In this document: one piece after another, positions 58,532 through 64,000 of the stretch
Numbering within the stretch: position 1 is the first letter of the stretch
How the letters are laid out: each line of letters starts with the position of its first letter
IMG/VR virus record: IMGVR_UViG_3300030098_005498
Span: 1 to 64,000 of that record
Strand: one strand, 5' to 3'
DNA: 64,000 nucleotides
Source: a virus
Position numbers and translations under genes: made by a program
The notes under the pieces: model-generated
What the model was told of the DNA's origin: nothing
The model's input: the letters and a program-made list of their open reading frames with translations, nothing else
Databases searched by the model: none

Positions 58532-58714
58532 TTAGTATGATTGATTAAGTTTTCTTACAAGTTTTTGTTTGTCCTTTTCTAACTTTCTTTTTCTCTTGTT
58601 AATTTCTTTAAACTCTGATGAGTTTAATTCAACATTGTAAGACTTTTCTTGAAGCAGATCTAATCTGTCTTCAATATTACGAATCGAGTTAAGTATATTC
58701 TTTTTGTTTTTCAT
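58532..58714 (-). CDS. Small coiled-coil protein
   Basis: 60-aa heptad-rich ORF. Confidence 0.4.
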   Translation of the reverse strand: MKNKKNILNSIRNIEDRLDLLQEKSYNVELNSSEFKEINKRKRKLEKDKQKLVRKLNQSY

Positions 58715-58724
58715 GATTTTATAA

Positions 58725-58784
58725 AGACCGGCGGAGCAAAAGAGAAGATGATGAAACAACTAATTCGTTCACTCCGCGAGGTCT
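58725..58784. ncRNA. Structured intergenic hairpin downstream of ssb
   Basis: AGACC/GGTCT and GCGGAG/CTCCGC stems enclosing a loop of about 35 nt. Confidence 0.35.
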
Positions 58785-58795
58785 ATTTTTAAATG

Positions 58796-59137
58796 TTAAA
58801 AGGTTTCAGCCTTTTCCCTAATTGGCTTAACAACCTTAGAAAACGTACTAGGCAGCACAGAATAAGAAGTACGACTAACTCCATTTTTGTCTTCCCAATT
58901 ACGTTGACGCAATCTGCCATCAATAATTACACGATCACCTTTGCTAAGGTCAACATTTTGTGCATATCCGGCATGACTTCCCCAACCATCTACATCCATA
59001 TAAACAGTTTCTTCTTTTCCATTGCCTGTGCTTTCATTGACAGCAATACGAAAAGAAACGAGATCCTTATCAGACACTTGCTTATATTCTGGATCTCTAG
59101 TCAAATTTCCCTTTAGAATAATTCTATTATTCAACAT
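58796..59137 (-). CDS. ssb: Single-stranded DNA-binding protein
   Basis: NRIILKGNLTRDPE, FRIAVN, W...A...LSKGDRVIIDGRLRQRNWEDK.G. Confidence 0.9.
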   Translation of the reverse strand: MLNNRIILKGNLTRDPEYKQVSDKDLVSFRIAVNESTGNGKEETVYMDVDGWGSHAGYAQNVDLSKGDRVIIDGRLRQRNWEDKNGVSRTSYSVLPSTFSKVVKPIREKAETF

Positions 59138-59151
59138 TTCAAGCTCCCAAA

Positions 59152-59364
59152 TTAAGTTACATTTCTACGATTCAAAGCTTTGCGGGTCAAGGTTCTAGCA
59201 CGATTAACACCGCCTGTACGAAGAAGGCTACGAACCTCTCCCCCTGTATCAGTTCCCGCAAAATGTGAATAAAATTCACGTCCAGTAATGTCCCCCATTG
59301 CAAATTTTTGTGCAAGAGATACATTCTTGCGATTCGATAAAATCGAATTCCAATCAGTCATCAT
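59152..59364 (-). CDS. Hypothetical protein
   Basis: Operonic ORF with GGAG RBS. Confidence 0.55.
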   Translation of the reverse strand: MMTDWNSILSNRKNVSLAQKFAMGDITGREFYSHFAGTDTGGEVRSLLRTGGVNRARTLTRKALNRRNVT

Positions 59365-59786
59365 TTACTCTCTCCTTTCAAAGAAACACTCACTAATTTA
59401 TGTGGACAATTATACAAATTATCGCACAATACAGACTTTTTAAATTTGCCCATATATAGGATATGGGTTCCCCCCGATACTTGTCGCTTTCCGAACTTGG
59501 AAATCTCATAAGCTTTTATATAATCTCTTCCAAGTCCTTGAATTTCAAATTTACCATATGACCCCATGTAAACCTTTTCTTGTGTTTCAGGATTTTGCCA
59601 GTAAGGACCGTTGCCATATATAGATCTTATAATATCACCAGTTTTTAATTCCTTCCAATCTTTAACCAATGCCACTTTTTTAGTGTAAAAACAATGTCCA
59701 CAATCACATTCAGATTTTCTTGCATGAACTTTTAATCCACATTTTGGACATGTTTTAAGTGGTGCCCCACGTTTCTTTTTAGCCAT
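59361..59786 (-). CDS. Zinc-finger hypothetical protein
   Basis: CPKCG...CDCG. Confidence 0.65.
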   Translation of the reverse strand: MAKKKRGAPLKTCPKCGLKVHARKSECDCGHCFYTKKVALVKDWKELKTGDIIRSIYGNGPYWQNPETQEKVYMGSYGKFEIQGLGRDYIKAYEISKFGKRQVSGGTHILYMGKFKKSVLCDNLYNCPHKLVSVSLKGESK

Positions 59787-59825
59787 CCGTATTTCCTTTA
59801 CTTTACTCGCTTCGGTTTACACTAC

Positions 59826-59854
59826 ATTATAGCCTATGGTTGTACTTTTGTCAA
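59826..59854 (-). promoter_or_regulatory. Consensus sigma70 promoter
   Basis: TTGACA-17 bp-TATAAT exactly. Confidence 0.85.
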
Positions 59855-59884
59855 CTCTTCAAGCAACATTTTTTAAAAATAATG

Positions 59885-60403
59885 CTATTTATCAACTCTT
59901 TTTGATGATAACATAACCGCAGATTCAATAAAATCTTTATCGTCAATTTGATTCGACGGAATGTAAAAAATATTGATAGTTTCTGAAACCATTTTTAATA
60001 CTTTGTGATAGTCTTCATTCCCAATTACACATTTAGGATCTGACACATCTGTAAATATAATTTCTCTTATACCACATTGGTATAATGCCTGCAAACAATA
60101 CAGACAGGGAATTGCGGTTACATAAGCCGAGGCCCCCAGTGTGCTACGTCCTAGTCTTGTGCAGTTATAGATCGCATTTGCTTCAGCATGAATCATGTAT
60201 GGATATTTTTCTGGCCTACTTTTAGGAAGTGCATCATCATCAACATTTCTAATAAAACCATTGTATCCACTAGATAACATAGTTTTATCTTTAACCAATA
60301 CACAGCCACATTGTGTTTGCTGATCAGGACTTGATCTTGACCAAAAGATTGCTTCCAATAAAAATTTATTATCCCATTTTGTTAATTTTCTAGATTCAAA
60401 CAT
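59885..60403 (-). CDS. dCMP deaminase
   Basis: S.D..TQ.GC, SGYNG, HAEANA, PCLYC. Confidence 0.9.
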   Translation of the reverse strand: MFESRKLTKWDNKFLLEAIFWSRSSPDQQTQCGCVLVKDKTMLSSGYNGFIRNVDDDALPKSRPEKYPYMIHAEANAIYNCTRLGRSTLGASAYVTAIPCLYCLQALYQCGIREIIFTDVSDPKCVIGNEDYHKVLKMVSETINIFYIPSNQIDDKDFIESAVMLSSKRVDK

Positions 60404-60429
60404 GCTACATCCTTAATAGTTCAATATTT

Positions 60430-60698
60430 GGAATGGCGAATTGGGTAACAAGGCTCGCCACACCCCGTGCTACTTACGCAGCAAGTGCAAGAGTTTCCTC
60501 TGCATTTAAAAATTTGATCTTGTTTTTAGGTAGCCTCAAGACCAACTACCACATGCAACCATTACTTCTATTTGTACGTCGAATCTAAGTCACCCCCTTT
60601 TTTAATTTATCGAGTGGAGGTGGGGGGAATTGCACCCCCGTCCGCAGCAAATGCCTATAACAGCGTCTACATGTTTAGTTCTCCAAAAGAAGAACAAA
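60430..60698 (-). ncRNA. ssrA: Circularly permuted (two-piece) tmRNA: acceptor piece about 60698-60615, 17-nt spacer, coding piece 60597 to about 60430
   Basis: T-arm GGGGG-TGCAATT-CCCCC + CACCTCC-A precedes the 5' strand GGGGGTG (G3.U70 pair); GATTCGAC, P2 pairing, pk1, tag GCA..TAA = AEETLALAA (60503-60474), helix 5 and pk2. Confidence 0.92.
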
Positions 60699-60741
60699 GC
60701 CAATCCTGGGAATCGAACCCATAATATACCTATTGGTTGGC
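60699..60741 (-). ncRNA. Armless tRNA-like minihelix (acceptor stem + T-arm only)
   Basis: GCCAACC-12 nt-ATGGG TTCGATT CCCAG-GATTGGC; no D or anticodon arm. Confidence 0.5.
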
Positions 60742-60745
60742 TGTA

Positions 60746-60853
60746 TCAATTTAACCACAGCGGTGCTACACTTGTAACAAACAACATTACACAAATAGCC
60801 CAAAATACCGGATTTAGAACGCAAGTAAACATCCACTGTGAAATAAGCCTCAT
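60746..60853 (-). CDS. 35-aa hydrophobic membrane peptide, not in ORF track
   Basis: MRLISQWMFTCVLNPVFWAICVMLFVTSVAPLWLN with AGGAG RBS. Confidence 0.5.
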   Translation of the reverse strand: MRLISQWMFTCVLNPVFWAICVMLFVTSVAPLWLN

Positions 60854-60954
60854 CTTTTTTCTCCTATACAATAAAAAGTTAACGATGTGGGAATAACTAC
60901 CATTATGGATTATTACGCATTATGAAAAGAAAATGCGAATATATTGTCTATTTG

Positions 60955-62322
60955 TCAAACTATTATCTCTTCTATTGAAAATGTTTTTGCTTCCTCTCCG
61001 TTAAAGTGAAAAGGAATTTGATCTTCCAATGGAACAGAGTATTTGGCACATCTGCCACAGTTTCTATTTCCACCATTACCACCGTGGTTGGTGGCTGAAT
61101 ATTTTGAAATATGTTGCACCGGAGATGGGTCAAAGAACCACATAGATCTACCCATTTTGTTCATAATCCCCCCTATAGCGGTATCGCTATTTTGGATAGT
61201 GTGTGGATTTTTTTCTCTTTCCCTTTTCTTGTTTTCCCATGCTGACTTTGTTTTTATTCTGGCACCTCTCCAGTTTTCTATCATCGGATGTTGCATCACC
61301 TGTTCTAAAACTTTTCTCGGCCAAATAACTGCACAAGTTCCCCATAGTGCCCTTGTGGGAATATGATTCAGTCCAATAGGTCTATAGGGTTTGCTTTTAA
61401 GATGTTGTCTTTTACTATAATGCCTGGGTGTATATAATGATACAAATCCAGTTGTGGTACAGGGCCATAAAAATTTTTCAGAAAAAGACTTTGAGTCTGG
61501 GTGGAACAATGAATCATCTTGTACTGTCATTATAATATCTGCATCACTATTGTCAAGTGCATATCTACAGCTTGATATCCAATTCCACCAAATTCCTTTT
61601 CTTTCTTCGTGAACAATTAGGTTTTCTTTATATTCATCATTTATTTGATACACTCCAGGTTCGGCAAATATATATGGTCTCCAGCCATTTATTAGCAAAG
61701 AATCTAAACAAAGTTGCAATGTTGGTTCTTTTCTTGGTGCTGTTGTCACAGCTACAAACCAATTGTGTTTTTGCCTGCCTTCTTTTTCTTCCGCTCTTCT
61801 TATAGCCGTTTGAACCAGATTTGTACAAACCTTACGGGTAGCAAGGTCTGGAACCCATGACAAAAAACTACGTTTATTTTTTTCGTTTATTAATCTTTGC
61901 ACTATGTGATGAATATTTCTCTTGCATCCTTCAATGCCCCATAAGTTCATTTTTTTTGCATAGTTTCTACAGTCGCACGACGGTTTTTCCATCCACTCTG
62001 GAATCATTTTCTTCAATTCTGTACCCGGACCTTCGCCAAAATATTCTTTTGCTTTTTCACGAACTTCTACTCTTGTCTTGTCTTTATTTGCCAATCTTGC
62101 AAATCTAATGCCTTTATTATCTGGAGATTTTTCATATCCTCCAGCGTTTTTACACAATGTACAATGAACTGTTTCAACATATACTGTTTGTTTGTTGTTA
62201 TTTAAACTCGTGGCAAATTTACAAATCATATTATTTGTTGTCGGGCATTTTGTACGCATATTACATGGAAGGTTTTCAAACTGTTGTGTTTCAACCACTC
62301 TAATATTTTTTTTGTTATCCAT
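60955..62322 (-). CDS. Cys-rich N-terminal domains fused to a GT-A glycosyltransferase-like domain
   Basis: GPGTELKK...CDC...MN.WG..GC module, then VTTAPR...QDD.LF...DPSPVQH. Confidence 0.65.
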   Translation of the reverse strand: MDNKKNIRVVETQQFENLPCNMRTKCPTTNNMICKFATSLNNNKQTVYVETVHCTLCKNAGGYEKSPDNKGIRFARLANKDKTRVEVREKAKEYFGEGPGTELKKMIPEWMEKPSCDCRNYAKKMNLWGIEGCKRNIHHIVQRLINEKNKRSFLSWVPDLATRKVCTNLVQTAIRRAEEKEGRQKHNWFVAVTTAPRKEPTLQLCLDSLLINGWRPYIFAEPGVYQINDEYKENLIVHEERKGIWWNWISSCRYALDNSDADIIMTVQDDSLFHPDSKSFSEKFLWPCTTTGFVSLYTPRHYSKRQHLKSKPYRPIGLNHIPTRALWGTCAVIWPRKVLEQVMQHPMIENWRGARIKTKSAWENKKREREKNPHTIQNSDTAIGGIMNKMGRSMWFFDPSPVQHISKYSATNHGGNGGNRNCGRCAKYSVPLEDQIPFHFNGEEAKTFSIEEIIV

Positions 62323-62382
62323 AAAATAATTCCCGAAGTTTATATAATAAATAGATTGATCAACGTATTATAGTTATTTATA

Positions 62383-63999
62383 TTACTCGTCGCACGATTT
62401 TTGTTGCCCAGATGCATCTTTATAACCGCATGGTATTATTATAGTTTGATTAGCATATCCAATACAAGGATTTGTGTCTAATCCATAACAGTCACAGGAG
62501 TTATTCTCTCTCCCCTTGCAGTCATTGATGAAATTAACAACGTTTTCATTTTCATCGCATTCGCAAACACATCCACCGTCACAGCATTCATTATAAATTG
62601 GATAAAATGAATATGCTGACGCTGTACAGCATCCCGTTCCAACAGTTACGCTACCAGTAGCATCTCTCAATAGAGTGTCATCATACCAGGGACTAAGTAT
62701 AACCTTTCTGAAATCTAAGGAAGATCCTAATGCTGTTGCTGCCAAATAACCAGCAGACGTGTTTTTAACTTCATAATCTCTTGATGTTAGACTAGCATTG
62801 TTTGGATCGTCAAAAGTGTCTGTAGATGCTTCATTGTCTAATGCAGAAGGGGCTCCGGTTATATCACTTGCTAGACAATTCGTCTTAGGAAGGTTGGTAG
62901 AATTTCCTTGTATACATCTATCAGTCGAACTAGAGGAGGTGCAATCACTAACTATAGAGTTTTTTATTGCTCCACCAGCACCAGAAACTGCCGAAACACC
63001 CCTACAGGCGTTGTTAACGGTGGTAGCGTCGTGAAATGTGCAATGGTATATACTTAGAGGTTGGTTTGATGGATTCTGGTATCTAATAAATCCACTGGTG
63101 CCACTTCCAGTGGAAGTGCTAGTAAACTTATAAATTAAAGAATTATACATATTTAAAGCGATACTATGGTTTGGCTTACCTTCTATCATGAAGTTGCCCC
63201 TATTTGACGTGGATATATTTCTCATAATACAACGTTTTATATTAATTGTTTGTGCGTTTGTATTACGAAGACTCCACATTCCTTGAAAATTCGTTCCAGG
63301 ATTATTGCCATTAAAGTCAATCAATAAATCTTCAAATGTGAACTCGGGTGCATTTGCTGTCGTGCCCCAAATAAATTGATAATTTCCGCTCCAAATAATT
63401 CTACATTTACCACCAGCTCCATTAGCCGCGACATTTCCTTCATGAGCAGTGCCACTAGCGGGACGTATAGTAACGCTGTTTAGAAAAGAGTTTGGATTAA
63501 TGCCAGTAGTAGAAAATTCAATGGCTGAATTAATTGTATGATCTTCTCCACGTAGTACAAATATAACATCTTGTATATGGTTGCCCATGCTAGATAATGC
63601 AGTAAAGGCTGCCGCAATTGTAGCATAGTCATCGCTGGCGTCTGATCCAACTGTGAATGTAGCTGCTGGAGCTACGTAGGTTGGCTCATCGCTTGTATAA
63701 GTCTTATATGTACAATCTGTCACCTTTGTAAAGTTAACAGGATCTGCATCATCATCAGCAACTCTAAACCAAAGATCATAATGCATGTCAGTTGCAACTA
63801 CGTCGGTAGCCCCCCCGGTTCTTTCATTTTCACAAGGAAGACGGTCCTTTCCCTTTGCCGCCGCACAATCTCTTGCACAATCACGAACTAACCATGTCCA
63901 GGGTGCATAACGGGCTGCGGGATAACCGTGTAATTTTGTCATAGTAGCATCATCTCGCCAGAAGAATGTGCCCCCATCACAATGCTCTTCGCAACTGGC
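62383..63999 (-). CDS. Putative tail fibre/virion protein with beta-helix-like region and Cys-rich ends (5' truncated by window)
   Basis: Frame open to the window edge; DYATIAAA, I..C...N and YHCTF repeats typical of right-handed beta-helices. Confidence 0.55.
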   Translation of the reverse strand, partial: ASCEEHCDGGTFFWRDDATMTKLHGYPAARYAPWTWLVRDCARDCAAAKGKDRLPCENERTGGATDVVATDMHYDLWFRVADDDADPVNFTKVTDCTYKTYTSDEPTYVAPAATFTVGSDASDDYATIAAAFTALSSMGNHIQDVIFVLRGEDHTINSAIEFSTTGINPNSFLNSVTIRPASGTAHEGNVAANGAGGKCRIIWSGNYQFIWGTTANAPEFTFEDLLIDFNGNNPGTNFQGMWSLRNTNAQTINIKRCIMRNISTSNRGNFMIEGKPNHSIALNMYNSLIYKFTSTSTGSGTSGFIRYQNPSNQPLSIYHCTFHDATTVNNACRGVSAVSGAGGAIKNSIVSDCTSSSSTDRCIQGNSTNLPKTNCLASDITGAPSALDNEASTDTFDDPNNASLTSRDYEVKNTSAGYLAATALGSSLDFRKVILSPWYDDTLLRDATGSVTVGTGCCTASAYSFYPIYNECCDGGCVCECDENENVVNFINDCKGRENNSCDCYGLDTNPCIGYANQTIIIPCGYKDASGQQKSCDE

Positions 64000-64000
64000 T

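Noticed and set aside
60615-60645. Ordinary tRNA-Ala gene
   Set aside because: No D/anticodon arms upstream; the matching 5' acceptor strand lies downstream, as expected for a permuted tmRNA.
60630-60896. 88-aa plus-strand ORF
   Set aside because: Lies antisense to the tmRNA acceptor piece, the minihelix and a small minus-strand ORF with a good RBS.
82-63034. Numerous short plus-strand or nested ORFs in the provided track
   Set aside because: They overlap well-supported genes on the opposite strand or in another frame, and show antisense-type composition without RBS or motifs.
1-64000. Genome-wide TGA or TAG recoding
   Set aside because: Conserved genes are full length in code 11 and many end in TGA/TAG with ATGA-type overlaps; only one suspicious in-frame TGA was found.

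Overview
This is a 64-kb, AT-rich, densely coded segment of a large tailed dsDNA bacteriophage. No rRNA or ribosomal-protein genes are present, and several features suggest a Planctomycetota-like host (inference). All but the first two genes lie on the minus strand. The window holds five blocks. (i) A very large glycan-modification set: about 25 GT2/GT4/GT11-like/GT32/GT47-like glycosyltransferases, methyltransferases, split HldE halves, GDP-L-fucose synthase and nucleotidyltransferases. (ii) A replication/recombination block: DnaE split into two intein-less genes, a DEDDh exonuclease, DnaG, DnaB, RecA, a Cas4/RecB-like nuclease, a Rad52-like protein and two SSBs. (iii) Nucleotide metabolism: NrdAB, ThyX, dCMP deaminase, dNMP kinase, MazG and PhoH. 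(iv) A phage sigma factor, with a candidate late-promoter motif TGTGTATAAA in front of three virion-like genes. (v) A membrane-protein/papain-peptidase cluster. The main find missing from the ORF track is a complete, circularly permuted (two-piece) tmRNA gene at about 60430-60698 (-). It has a G3.U70 acceptor stem, pk1, pk2 and the tag AEETLALAA, and is preceded by an armless tRNA-like minihelix. Other hidden items are an in-frame TGA followed by a SECIS-like hairpin, a CxxC..CxxC microprotein between nrdA and nrdB, and several long structured intergenic elements. All protein assignments come from motifs recognised by eye; no database searches were run.
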